Below are positions 35,183 through 44,551 of a stretch of DNA of 64,000 nucleotides, one piece after another. The notes under the pieces are model-generated. The model ran no database searches, had not been told where the DNA came from, and saw only the letters and a program-made list of their open reading frames with translations. Every line of letters begins with the position of its first letter. Position 1 is the stretch's first letter. Origin of the DNA: Acidobacteriota bacterium (GTDB taxonomy: Bacteria; Acidobacteriota; Vicinamibacteria; Vicinamibacterales; UBA2999); contig JAUYQQ010000015.1 of the NCBI GenBank assembly GCA_030697165.1, positions 292,645 to 356,644 on the forward strand, written 5' to 3'. Position numbers and translations under genes: made by a program.

Positions 35183-36240
35183 GGCCGGGTGCCGTGACGC
35201 GCGACCGACTCAACGAATACGCTGTCAGCGACATGAACCAGTATCGGCCAGCGCCGGCTCGCGGACTTCATACGCTGGGAGGCTTGAATGACCAAGCGCA
35301 GGCCTGGTGGCATCAGCGACACGTCGGCCAGCTGCAAACCGATCGCGAAATAGCAGTCGGCGTCAAATCGGGTGACGCCCACGTGGGACCCGAACAGCTG
35401 CCGCAACTCTGGCAGCGTCCAGTAGCGCACCTCGAAACCTGACCCCTCGCGAAACCGACGCCGCGCCTGATGGTAGAGGCAGCGAACGCCGAACCGGGTC
35501 GGCATCTGGACCTTGGCGGTGCCGCCCGGTTTCAGCACTCGACCGAGCTCGCGCACGGCCTTCCCAGCATCCGCTCTCGACAAGTGCTGAATCACGCTGT
35601 ACGAGTAGGTGACGTCGAACAGCCGCGGCGCAAACGGCAGATGGCGCGCATCCCCGACGACGTAGCGGTTCGACGCGCCCACCTGACGCGCGACCCTGCG
35701 CGCTGCCATTACCGCGCCAAGCGAAGGGTCGAGGCCCACGACGGCATACCCCTTCGCGTGAGCGGCGAGAGACCAGCGCCCCCAACTGCACCCCACGTCC
35801 AGCAGCGAGCGGCCGTCGCCAGAGGGCAGGGGGATGTCTGGAATCGGGTAGCGGTCGAGCGCGCCGATCAGGTGCCGGTACATCAGTCCATTGGTCGCCG
35901 CCACGAGGTATGCCACCACGGGGTCGACCGGGCCGCCGCGGCGAGCCAGGGCGACGATGCCCTCTTTCTCTGCGTCGCTGACGCCGAGCGACTCCAGGTG
36001 CAACTCCGGGGCCCGCGCGTCCACGCCTTCGCCGCGAGCGCGGCGCAGCGAACTCTCCGTCCCAGCCATCGTCGCCGGCACTGACTCCAGCAGCATGACC
36101 GGCACACCGTCGACAATCGGGAACCGGTGCCCGGTTGGGCATTCGAACGCGCCGGTCGCCAGTTGCAGGGCACCGCGGTCCGCCGGGCACACTAGATGCT
36201 CGAGAAACCAGGGATCGATCGGCTCGGCCGCACCCGTCAT
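35179..36240 (-). CDS. Class I SAM-dependent methyltransferase with an N-terminal Trm112-like zinc-ribbon
   Basis: Start at the ATG at 36240 (ATGA overlap). It has HLVCPADRGALQL...FECPTGHRFPIVDGVPVML followed by LLDVGCSWGRW. Confidence 0.8.
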   Translation of the reverse strand: MTGAAEPIDPWFLEHLVCPADRGALQLATGAFECPTGHRFPIVDGVPVMLLESVPATMAGTESSLRRARGEGVDARAPELHLESLGVSDAEKEGIVALARRGGPVDPVVAYLVAATNGLMYRHLIGALDRYPIPDIPLPSGDGRSLLDVGCSWGRWSLAAHAKGYAVVGLDPSLGAVMAARRVARQVGASNRYVVGDARHLPFAPRLFDVTYSYSVIQHLSRADAGKAVRELGRVLKPGGTAKVQMPTRFGVRCLYHQARRRFREGSGFEVRYWTLPELRQLFGSHVGVTRFDADCYFAIGLQLADVSLMPPGLRLVIQASQRMKSASRRWPILVHVADSVFVESVARHGTRP

Positions 36241-37469
36241 GCTGACTCCAGCGACAGGAGACCGGCTGACAGCGCCTCGATGCCTGACTGCGTCGCGACC
36301 CCGGAGTGGCGCGAGAATTCCGCGAGGAGCGCCGGCGTCCCGGCCACGCGCCGCAAGGTGGCCGCGATCGCGCCAGCCGACACCTCGGGCAGCAGCAGGC
36401 CATTCACGCCGTCCTCGACCACGCGGCCACAGTGCCGAGACGCGATGATCGGCAGCCGCCACGCCTGCGCCTCGACCTGCGCCATGCCGAAGCCGTCAGA
36501 TAGCGATGGAAACACGAGCACATCGGACTCGCGGTAGTGACGCATCACCTCGCTGCGAGACACGGCACCGACCCAGCGAATAGCCGGGTGCTTGGCAAAC
36601 CGCCATGGCACGACCATTGAGATGGCCCCGACCAGGTGCAATTCGACGGGCACATCAGTCATCTGCTCGACGGCTTCGAGCAGCGCGGGCACACCCTTCG
36701 CGACGGCCGCGTGGCCCACGAAGAGCACCCGCAGCGGTCTGGCCGGCGTGAAGGCGTCGGGGTACTGGTGGGCGGCCACCGGCCCGGTCTCCTCCGGTTC
36801 GTAGACGAGCCGGAGCACCCGCAGCTTCTCCGCAGGAATGCCCGCGCGCGTCAGCGCCTCGCGCGACCAGGGGGAGTTCACGATGATCCGATCGGCCAGC
36901 GCGCACTCCTCGCGCCACGAGTCGAAGTACGCCGCGGGCGGCGCCTCGGGGGCGGCGCCGTACTCCGTCCATTCATCCGACGCCAGACGAGCGACGCGAA
37001 AGTGCTCTTCGCCCGGGTCGATCTGCCCCAGCACTGTCGTCCAGCCGCGCGTCTTTGCGTGCGCGAACACTTCGCGCGCGGAATAGCTGTGGGCAAACAC
37101 CGTGGTCATCTCGCCGCCGGCCACATCGTTGAGCACGCGTGCCGCGCGGCGCCCGAACCACCGGTTTCGATCCATCGGGCTTTTCCAGCCTGTGCCGCGT
37201 CCGGCCCGCAAGAAGGCCTCGCGCGCCACCGCCGACAGGGTGAAATCGCGAACGTCGGTGTCCGTCAGGTCGGGATGAAATCGCTCTGACAGGCGCCGCG
37301 GCAGGTCTCCCGGCATCCGTGACCAGAGGCTGCCCGGCCTGACCCAGGCGTCGGTGACGAGAAGGCCGAGCCGGCCCCGTCGATGCAGCGCCCGCGGCAC
37401 CGCGTAGTGCTCACGCGCGCCGAGATGGCAGCACAGCCACCGGGCACCTCCTTCTTGAAATGTCGTCAC
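36237..37469 (-). CDS. Glycosyltransferase family 4
   Basis: 410 aa, GTG start. Motif VLVFPSLSDGFGMAQVEAQAWRLPIIASRHCGRVVEDGVNG. Confidence 0.8.
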   Translation of the reverse strand: MTTFQEGGARWLCCHLGAREHYAVPRALHRRGRLGLLVTDAWVRPGSLWSRMPGDLPRRLSERFHPDLTDTDVRDFTLSAVAREAFLRAGRGTGWKSPMDRNRWFGRRAARVLNDVAGGEMTTVFAHSYSAREVFAHAKTRGWTTVLGQIDPGEEHFRVARLASDEWTEYGAAPEAPPAAYFDSWREECALADRIIVNSPWSREALTRAGIPAEKLRVLRLVYEPEETGPVAAHQYPDAFTPARPLRVLFVGHAAVAKGVPALLEAVEQMTDVPVELHLVGAISMVVPWRFAKHPAIRWVGAVSRSEVMRHYRESDVLVFPSLSDGFGMAQVEAQAWRLPIIASRHCGRVVEDGVNGLLLPEVSAGAIAATLRRVAGTPALLAEFSRHSGVATQSGIEALSAGLLSLESA

Positions 37470-38365
37470 GCGTCAGCCGGCCACCGGCGGAGGCGCGACA
37501 GCGGCTGCGGCCCCTTCGCCAGGGCGCGCCACAACCGGTAGGTCCACGCAGGCACCGGCTCGCGGGGCACCGAGGCGAACAGCCGAATGCCGGTGAGCAC
37601 GCCGGCGATGCGCGTCCTCAGCCGACCGGGGTTCCACGTGTGCGCGAGGCACCGCAGCACCACCACCGGCAGGTGGATCAGCACGAGCGGCGCCGGAACG
37701 TTCTGCCAGGCGAACAGGACGGCGTTGCGTACCCCGTAGAAATCCATCCGCTGAAAGTCCCGCTTCGGCGACTCGGCGTGATGAATGGGCGCGGCGTTAC
37801 CGAGCCGCACCACATAGCCAGCGGCGAGCAGGCGGATGCAGAAGTCGCCCTCTTCGCCCTGATGAAACAGGTGCTCGCGGTAGCCACCCAGCCGAACAAA
37901 CACGTCGCGGCGGACGGCGTACGCCGTGCCCTTGTACCGGTCAGTCACGTAGACCGTCTGCGCATCCGGCGCCGCTTGGCAGACGCGCGGGTCCGTGTGA
38001 ATGTCGATGTAGGGAATGGCCACGGCGGCGATACGCTCGGAAGCAAAATCGCCCAGCGCCTGCCGGACAACGTCGGGCGTCGAGAACGCCGCATCGTCGT
38101 CGATCGAACACACGATGGCGCCCGTGGCGAGGCGGGCGCCTTCATTGCGCCGGACGATGTAGCCGAGGGAGTCGTCGTGGCGAACGAGACGGACACCAGG
38201 GAATTCGGCCGTGACCATCTCGGGCGTGCCGTCGGACGACCCGTCGTCGATGACGAGCACCTCTGGGGTGGCGGTCTGCTCGACGGCCGAGCGCAATGCC
38301 GCTCGCAACTCGTCGCGGCGGTTCTTCGTGGTGATGACCACGCTGGCCGTCAGCGTGTCGCTCAC
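37466..38365 (-). CDS. Glycosyltransferase family 2
   Basis: 299 aa, GTG start. SVVITTKNRRDELRAALRSAVEQT...VLVIDDGSSDGT, plus a DDD motif. Confidence 0.85.
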   Translation of the reverse strand: MSDTLTASVVITTKNRRDELRAALRSAVEQTATPEVLVIDDGSSDGTPEMVTAEFPGVRLVRHDDSLGYIVRRNEGARLATGAIVCSIDDDAAFSTPDVVRQALGDFASERIAAVAIPYIDIHTDPRVCQAAPDAQTVYVTDRYKGTAYAVRRDVFVRLGGYREHLFHQGEEGDFCIRLLAAGYVVRLGNAAPIHHAESPKRDFQRMDFYGVRNAVLFAWQNVPAPLVLIHLPVVVLRCLAHTWNPGRLRTRIAGVLTGIRLFASVPREPVPAWTYRLWRALAKGPQPLSRLRRWPADA

Positions 38366-39396
38366 GGGCGCGTCTCCGGCACGGCCGGCAGCAGCCGCAG
38401 CCGCGTCAGCTCAGCCTCCAGCGCATCGGCCAACACGAGATGGCCGTACGCGGAGAAATGCATGTCGAACGGATCCTGAAAGCAGCGAACGCCATCCGCG
38501 CCCACACGTGTGAAATACGGCAGCAGGTCGATCGCATCAATCCGGGGAGGGTCGGCCAGCGACAAGAACCGATCCCAGTAGTTTCGCGCCATGCGGAATT
38601 GCACGTAGCTCGCATAGAAGGTCGGCGCCAGCACGACAGGCCGACTCCCGGCCAGTTGGTGAAGCCGATGAACGAGGGCGGCCATGAGCCGCCATTCGGG
38701 ACTGCCCGGGTCTCGGTACTCGGGAAACGGCTCCCATGGCACCATCGCATACAAGGCGGCCTTGAATGGCGTGGCCCCTGGCAGCCGGGAGAGGATGCCC
38801 TTGAGCCGCGTGCTGGCGGTGGCGGGACTGTCGGTCCCTGCTCCGCCATCGGGGCCAGGTGCGGCAGCCGGTTGACCGGGCGTGACCGGCCGGAGCACCA
38901 ACTGGCCATCCACAAACTCGAAGCGGGGCTTGGCGCGTCGTACGGCCTGGCCGGTACGCGGGTCGACTGCCTCGCGCCACTCGACCATGTTGCGGCGGAT
39001 GTTCTGGAGAAACGGGAGCAGCAGCACGAGGTCGTGCTCATACCGCAGCCCGACATGCTCGTAGAGCAGCACTTGCTGATCGGTACCCGACCCTTCGAGC
39101 GCGAGGTTGATGACCTCCAGGTTGGGAATGCGCCGCTCGAGCAGTTCACTGAAGCGTTGGGCGTTGCTCAGAAACTGGCCGGCGGCCATCGAGTCGCCGC
39201 ACACGATGAGGCGGCGCACCCCCGGGGGGCGCTCGAATGCGTAGTCTCGATCGCTGCGGATCCCGGCGCTGTTTACCGCCAGGTCGTAGTGGCCCCCGCC
39301 AGGCCGCGGCAGCGACATGCGGGTACCCGCGATGTAGCGGTAGCCGATCAGCGGATCGGGCTCCACGTAGGGCTTGGTGTCCAGCGTGGCCGTCAT
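38362..39396 (-). CDS. SGNH/GDSL-type hydrolase or acyl-esterase family protein
   Basis: GDS block LIVCGDSMAAGQF and a later GTD/DxxH-like region. Start set to the ATG at 39396, 4 nt after the upstream stop. The ORF track extends to 39441. Confidence 0.6.
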   Translation of the reverse strand: MTATLDTKPYVEPDPLIGYRYIAGTRMSLPRPGGGHYDLAVNSAGIRSDRDYAFERPPGVRRLIVCGDSMAAGQFLSNAQRFSELLERRIPNLEVINLALEGSGTDQQVLLYEHVGLRYEHDLVLLLPFLQNIRRNMVEWREAVDPRTGQAVRRAKPRFEFVDGQLVLRPVTPGQPAAAPGPDGGAGTDSPATASTRLKGILSRLPGATPFKAALYAMVPWEPFPEYRDPGSPEWRLMAALVHRLHQLAGSRPVVLAPTFYASYVQFRMARNYWDRFLSLADPPRIDAIDLLPYFTRVGADGVRCFQDPFDMHFSAYGHLVLADALEAELTRLRLLPAVPETRP

Positions 39397-39400
39397 GCGG

Positions 39401-39736
39401 CTACCACAGCGTGTACACCTCGTCCGGGATGCCCCGCTCACGGTCCGCCGCGGGCGAGAACTTCCCCCCGGGCTGCGCGCGCCGCGGCTCCGTCAACTTC
39501 GACAGCGTGCGCACGAGCACACCACCGCCGCTGCCGCTCCCGCCATGCCCAAGCCCTTCGGCCACCGACGCTTCGGAGAAGTAGTCGGACGCGCCCGGCT
39601 GGGCTCCGCGCTGGATCCACAACGTGTCGGCGTCCGGTTCGTGAAGGCGCAGGGGATCGCGGCCGCGCAGCCAGTTGAGTCCCCACGCCAGAAGGAAGAA
39701 GGGATAGGCGACGACGAGAAGGAGGCGGGTGAACAT
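39401..39736 (-). CDS. Small single-TM protein, SxtJ-like partner of the carbamoyltransferase (tentative)
   Basis: 111 aa with GC3-rich codons. It has an N-terminal TM helix (LLLVVAYPFFLLAWGL) followed by RGRDPLRL...LWIQR, and lies 9 nt downstream of the carbamoyltransferase. The resemblance to SxtJ-type proteins is from memory and not verified. Confidence 0.4.
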   Translation of the reverse strand: MFTRLLLVVAYPFFLLAWGLNWLRGRDPLRLHEPDADTLWIQRGAQPGASDYFSEASVAEGLGHGGSGSGGGVLVRTLSKLTEPRRAQPGGKFSPAADRERGIPDEVYTLW

Positions 39737-39745
39737 GGTGTCGGG

Positions 39746-41587
39746 CTAGTCGAGCGCGAAGGCCGCCTGGTAGGCCTTGCGATCGGAAAGCTCCAGGCGC
39801 GCCTGCTCGCTCTTGAGCAGCAGCGCGTCCTCGAGCACGAGGGCGTCCATATCGGTGCCCATGAAGCAGCGGAACGCGTCCTGGGGCGTGCCGACAATCG
39901 GCTCGCCACGAATGTTGAAGCTGGTGTTGACGAGCATCGGGCAGCCAGCGCGCTCGTGAAACCGCTTGATCAGCCGGTAGTACCGGCCGTTGGCTGCGGG
40001 CGTCACCGTCTGCACCCGGGCTGAGTAATCCACGTGCGTGACCGCAGGCACCGTTGAGCGCGGGACGTTCAGTTTCTCGATGCCGGTGAACCCGCGCATG
40101 CGCTCGTCACTCCCGGCCGTTCGCTGTTGGGCCTGCACCGGCAGCACGAGGAGCATGTACGGGCTATCGGCATCCGCGGGCATTTCGAAATACTCCGCCG
40201 CGTGATCGCGCAGGACCGAGGGCGCAAACGGGCGGAAGCTCTCGCGGAACTTGATCTTCAGGTTCATCACCGACTGCATCTTGGTCGAGCGGGGGTCGCC
40301 CAGGATCGAACGCGCCCCGAGTGCCCGGGGACCAAACTCCATCCGGTCCTGCACCCAGCCCACGACCTTTTCGTCCAGCAGCAGGTCCGTCACGCGATCG
40401 AGCAAATCGTCTTCTCTTTCAATTACGTGGTACCTCGCACCCGCCGCATCGAGAGCGGCGCGCACCTCGGCGTTCGGGAACCGTGGGCCGAGCAGCGATC
40501 CATGGAGCACGTCCTCGCAACCGACGACTCGCGGCTCGGCGAGGACGTGATGCCAGATGAGTTGCGCAACACCGAGGGCGCCGCCCGCATCGCCGGCCGC
40601 CGGCTGGATCCAGATCCGCTCGAAGGGTCCTTCGCGCAGAATTCTGCCGTTGCCGACACAGTTGAGCGCCACGCCGCCCGCCATCACCAGGTTCTTCGAC
40701 CCGGTCACCGCGTGCACCTGTCGGGCGCAGCGCAGCATCACCTCTTCGCACACGGCCTGCACCGACGCCGCTAGGTCCATCTCCCGTTGGGTCAGCGGCG
40801 ACTCGGGATGACGCGGCGGACCACCAAACAGCTGGTGGAACTTCGGGCTCGTCATCGTCATGCCAGAGCAGTAGTTGAAGTAGCGCTGATCCATCCAGAA
40901 CGACCCGTCGGGCCGTACGTGGATCAGATGTTCGAGGATCAGCTCCTTGAACCGCGGCTCCCCATAGGGCGCCAGCCCCATCACCTTGTATTCGCCGGAG
41001 TTCACGCGGAAGCCCGTGTAGTACGTGAACGCGCTATAGAGGAGCCCCAGCGAATGTGGGAACCGGATCTCGTGGGTCAACCGGAGCCGGTTGCCACGCC
41101 CGTGGCCGAGTGTCGTCGTCGACCACTCGCCAACGCCGTCCAGCGTCAGGATCGCCGCGTCGTCGAATGGCGACGGAAAGAACGCGCTCGCCGCGTGAGA
41201 TTCGTGATGGTCGGCGAACACGTAGCGCCCGCGAAAGGCCTGCCCCAGCGCGTTGTCGATCTCGCGCGGCAGGTGCAGCTTGGACTTTAGCCAGAGCGGC
41301 ATCGCCTTCAGGTAGGACCTGAACCCCCGCGGCCCGACCGCAGCGTAGGTCTCAGTCAGCCGGTCGAACTTCGCCAGCGGCTTGTCGTAAAAGCCAACAA
41401 AGTCCAGGTCGGCTGCCGCGATCCCCCCCTCGCGCAAGCAATACGCCAGGGCATTCGAGGGGAAATGATGGTCATGCTTGCGGCGCGTGAAACGTTCCTC
41501 CTGGGCGGCAGCCACGATGCGTCCATCCACCACCAGTGCGGCTGCCGAGTCATGATAGAAGGCCGAAATCCCGAGAATGGTGGTCAT
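39746..41587 (-). CDS. Carbamoyltransferase (NodU/CmcH family), copy 2
   Basis: Start trimmed to the ATG at 41587 (ATGA overlap): MTTILGISAFYHDSAAALVVDGRIVAAAQEERFTRRKHD. C-terminal LVNTSFNIRGEPIV. Confidence 0.9.
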   Translation of the reverse strand: MTTILGISAFYHDSAAALVVDGRIVAAAQEERFTRRKHDHHFPSNALAYCLREGGIAAADLDFVGFYDKPLAKFDRLTETYAAVGPRGFRSYLKAMPLWLKSKLHLPREIDNALGQAFRGRYVFADHHESHAASAFFPSPFDDAAILTLDGVGEWSTTTLGHGRGNRLRLTHEIRFPHSLGLLYSAFTYYTGFRVNSGEYKVMGLAPYGEPRFKELILEHLIHVRPDGSFWMDQRYFNYCSGMTMTSPKFHQLFGGPPRHPESPLTQREMDLAASVQAVCEEVMLRCARQVHAVTGSKNLVMAGGVALNCVGNGRILREGPFERIWIQPAAGDAGGALGVAQLIWHHVLAEPRVVGCEDVLHGSLLGPRFPNAEVRAALDAAGARYHVIEREDDLLDRVTDLLLDEKVVGWVQDRMEFGPRALGARSILGDPRSTKMQSVMNLKIKFRESFRPFAPSVLRDHAAEYFEMPADADSPYMLLVLPVQAQQRTAGSDERMRGFTGIEKLNVPRSTVPAVTHVDYSARVQTVTPAANGRYYRLIKRFHERAGCPMLVNTSFNIRGEPIVGTPQDAFRCFMGTDMDALVLEDALLLKSEQARLELSDRKAYQAAFALD

Positions 41588-42516
41588 GAGTTGGCTACCG
41601 ATGTTCCCGCGATGCCGTTGCGCCAGAGTGCGGACAGGGTCAGCGCCGGGAACCCCAAGAGGAATCGCCAGCGCCGCAACTGCAGGTGCCAGACAAAGGT
41701 CGCCCGGTACATCCGCCATGCGTCGCGGTGCCGACTCTCGCGCAGGCACTCGAGGATCACTGGGCGAACATGACGGGTCAGGATCCGACGGCGCTCGCGG
41801 GCGCGCGCGCGACCGCCGGGATAGCGCCCGGCCTGTTCCATCGTGACCGCGTACCGAGCGCCCGCGTGCGTGCGCTCGAGGCTGGCAATCGCGCTGCCGG
41901 CGTGCTCGCGATAACCGAACGTACAGGGCGCGCACACTTGAACGAATCCGCTCGCCAGCCCCAGGCGCATAGCGAGGTCCGCGTCCTCGCCGTTGATCCA
42001 CTCATCGGTGAAGCCACCGGCGTCGGCGAGGGCATCGGCGCGAACGACGAAGGACGACACGCCCCACCACCGCCACTCCTCACCGGAGGCGTAGTAGTCA
42101 TCGAACGTCAGGACAGCCGGCTCCAATTCGGCGACCTGGCGAAGCTCCTCGAGCGAGCGGAACAGGGCGGGTTTGCCGGCCACGAACGCCGGCTCGTGCG
42201 CCTCGCCGATCGCCCGCGCGTACACCTCGAGCGTCCAGGGGAACCAGACGTCATCGCTGTCCAGGAATGCCACGTAGCGGCCCTGCGCGTGCCGGATTCC
42301 GACGTTGCGTGCCGCACCAGGTCCCCGGTTCTGCTGCCGGCACACCCGAACGCGGTCGCCGTAGCGGGCGAGCACCGCCGGGGTGTCGTCCGTCGACCCG
42401 TCGTCCACGACCACCACGTCGTAGTCGACGAAACGCTGAGCGAAGACGGACGTGAGACAAGCGTCGAGCAACCGGGCCCGGTTGTGGGTGGGAATGACGA
42501 CGGAAAAATACGACAT
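41584..42516 (-). CDS. Glycosyltransferase family 2
   Basis: Start at the ATG at 42516: MSYFSVVIPTHNRARLLDACLTSVFAQRFVDYDVVVVDDGSTDDT. DSD motif. Confidence 0.85.
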   Translation of the reverse strand: MSYFSVVIPTHNRARLLDACLTSVFAQRFVDYDVVVVDDGSTDDTPAVLARYGDRVRVCRQQNRGPGAARNVGIRHAQGRYVAFLDSDDVWFPWTLEVYARAIGEAHEPAFVAGKPALFRSLEELRQVAELEPAVLTFDDYYASGEEWRWWGVSSFVVRADALADAGGFTDEWINGEDADLAMRLGLASGFVQVCAPCTFGYREHAGSAIASLERTHAGARYAVTMEQAGRYPGGRARARERRRILTRHVRPVILECLRESRHRDAWRMYRATFVWHLQLRRWRFLLGFPALTLSALWRNGIAGTSVANS

Positions 42517-42520
42517 GCGG

Positions 42521-43732
42521 TCAGGCCGCCACGCCAATCTTGGAGAACAACTCCTCGAAGCGGCGCCGCCACGTGTGGTCGCACAGGGCCCTGCGGTATC
42601 CCGCTTCGCGAAGTGCCTCCGCGGCAGGCGGGTGGGCCAGGTAGTAACGAACCTTGTCGGTGAGTTCCTCCGCCGCGCGATAGGTGTCGATCTCCCGACC
42701 GACGTCATAGAAGGCGGTGATTTCGTCGGAGTGTCCGGTCAGGTAGCAGGTCCGAGACATGGGTCCCTCGAAATCGCGAAGCCGGACATGGGGAACGAGG
42801 GACGACCCTGGCCGCCCGTCCGCCCAGACGTTGCTGAAGTTCAGCACGATTTCGTAGTTCGCGAAGGTGTCACATAAGGCCGCCGACCGGCCCCGCGCCG
42901 CCCCACTCAGTAGCGGCGAAAGGGCTGTCGTCTCGGAGCGGTAGCGCCACTGTAGGGCCATCCTCTCCAGCCCACGCGCGACTCCTCCGGATCGCATTTG
43001 AGCGGCGGCGACGCGCCAGTACGCCCGTGCCGAGCCCGCGCGCAATCGCTCGCGCCCCAGGTAGACGGCCGGCTCCTCCTCAGCCTCGGGCGCGGCAGTG
43101 GCCACTCCCCAGCCGGCCCCGTAGAGATCCAGTGGCAGACTGGACCGCACTAGCGAAGCCGCCAATCGATCTCGGTCCGCATAGCGCTGGCCAACAAAAC
43201 AGGCACGGGGCTGCCGGGGGATACTGGGCACCGGATGGCACACCGCCGGGTCGGCCCCCATCTGCACCCACACGGGCCGGGCGCCCACGGCCAGGTACGA
43301 CGCTCGGGCGTCGCGCTCGGCATGCCACGACACATCCACCTTCGCCGCAATCGCCGCCACGAGATCGAACTGGTAGATGCTGTTGCAGTAGAAGTTGACC
43401 GACGGGATGCCGAGCCGGCGCAATTCGTCGAACCCCGCGGGGTCGAAATGCGCGTTGTAGAAATAGCTCAGAAACAGGTGGACCGGACCGCTGAGCTGCG
43501 CTGCCCGCACTTCATCCAAGACCCGTTCGGTGGTCTCTGCCCGAGCTGCGAGTTCCTCGGCAGTGAAGCCGTCGGCGATTTCCATGAACTTGCTGGTAGG
43601 CGAGAGGTCGGTCTGCGATTCCACAATCTCGTGCCCCAGCTGGCGGAGGGCCGGATAGAAGTTCGCGCTCCAGAGCCCGCCGTAGAACCGGCGCGGGTCT
43701 ACCGAGTGGCGAACGGCCGCAAAGATGCGCAT
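42521..43732 (-). CDS. CgeB-family glycosyltransferase-like protein (DUF3880 + Glyco_trans_1_2 type)
   Basis: 403 aa. It has RLRDFEGPMSRTCYLT and a C-terminal ...YYLAHPPAAEALREAGYRRALCDHTWRRRFEELF, typical of CgeB-like proteins. Confidence 0.6.
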   Translation of the reverse strand: MRIFAAVRHSVDPRRFYGGLWSANFYPALRQLGHEIVESQTDLSPTSKFMEIADGFTAEELAARAETTERVLDEVRAAQLSGPVHLFLSYFYNAHFDPAGFDELRRLGIPSVNFYCNSIYQFDLVAAIAAKVDVSWHAERDARASYLAVGARPVWVQMGADPAVCHPVPSIPRQPRACFVGQRYADRDRLAASLVRSSLPLDLYGAGWGVATAAPEAEEEPAVYLGRERLRAGSARAYWRVAAAQMRSGGVARGLERMALQWRYRSETTALSPLLSGAARGRSAALCDTFANYEIVLNFSNVWADGRPGSSLVPHVRLRDFEGPMSRTCYLTGHSDEITAFYDVGREIDTYRAAEELTDKVRYYLAHPPAAEALREAGYRRALCDHTWRRRFEELFSKIGVAA

Positions 43733-43735
43733 CGA

Positions 43736-44536
43736 CTAGGCCAGACCTCTGACGGCGAACAGGTCTGCGTATGGTTCGCGCACCCTCAGCCAGCTTACCT
43801 CGAAGCCGTAACTGGCCAGTTGGTCGACCAGCGCCTCACGCGATGCCATCCCGTGATGGGTCTCTACGAACAACGCGCATTGCCGGGGCAATACCGGCAA
43901 CAGGTGCGGCACCAGCCGCCCCTCCTCGCCCTCGATATCGATCTTGATCAACAAGGCCGCCCCGGGGTCTCCCGATACAAACGCCGCGAAGTCCAGCATG
44001 GCCACCTCTATGCCGGCGACGTCGGATTCCCCGGTCCGGCCGGCGTTGCTCGCGGTGGCTGAAAAACGGCACGTGCCATTCCGCGTGGAGACCGCGGCGG
44101 CGTGTATCGCAACCTGGCTACCGGTCGAGAGGTTCCGGCGCAAAGGGCCAAGGTTCTCCGGATTCGGCTCGAATACGATCAGGGGCACCCGCGGATAGGT
44201 GGACCGGGCCAGCACCGAGAAGAACCCGACGTGCCCGCCGCAATCGAAGACGACCGCTGGCGTGAACGGCACGCGGCCCAGGTCGTACACCGACTCGACG
44301 AAGACTTCCTCGAACGACATCAGCTGGCCCAGGTCCGTGGCGCTGACCGTCACTGCCTGGCCGCGCAGCTGCGCCGGCCGCACCCGGATGGTGGGTAACC
44401 AACGGCCGACCGTACTTGAAGGATTGTCCCTGGCCCAGCCGAGGAGTGCCAGTGGCAGCCATTGCAGTGGCGAACGGCTGACTCCAACGAAGGCAGCCAC
44501 GCGTCGGAACCGGCGGAGCAGGGAGAAGGGGGTCAT
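43736..44536 (-). CDS. FkbM family methyltransferase
   Basis: 266 aa with VVFDCGGHVGFFSV...VFEPNPENLGPLRRNL and IKIDIEGEE. Confidence 0.75.
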   Translation of the reverse strand: MTPFSLLRRFRRVAAFVGVSRSPLQWLPLALLGWARDNPSSTVGRWLPTIRVRPAQLRGQAVTVSATDLGQLMSFEEVFVESVYDLGRVPFTPAVVFDCGGHVGFFSVLARSTYPRVPLIVFEPNPENLGPLRRNLSTGSQVAIHAAAVSTRNGTCRFSATASNAGRTGESDVAGIEVAMLDFAAFVSGDPGAALLIKIDIEGEEGRLVPHLLPVLPRQCALFVETHHGMASREALVDQLASYGFEVSWLRVREPYADLFAVRGLA

Positions 44537-44551
44537 GCGGGGCCAACGATC

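Noticed and set aside
39746-42001. N-terminal extensions in the ORF track. Examples: 751-aa carbamoyltransferase ORF, 18129..20015, 19841..21253, 24519..25922, 35179..36462, 41584..42708, 49951..50856, 51392..52450, 53166..54062, 53936..55387.
   Set aside because: The extensions are Arg/Pro-rich, overlap the 3' end of the upstream gene, and precede an internal ATG or GTG. That internal codon gives the canonical family N-terminus and an ATGA/GTGA-type coupling, so the starts were trimmed.
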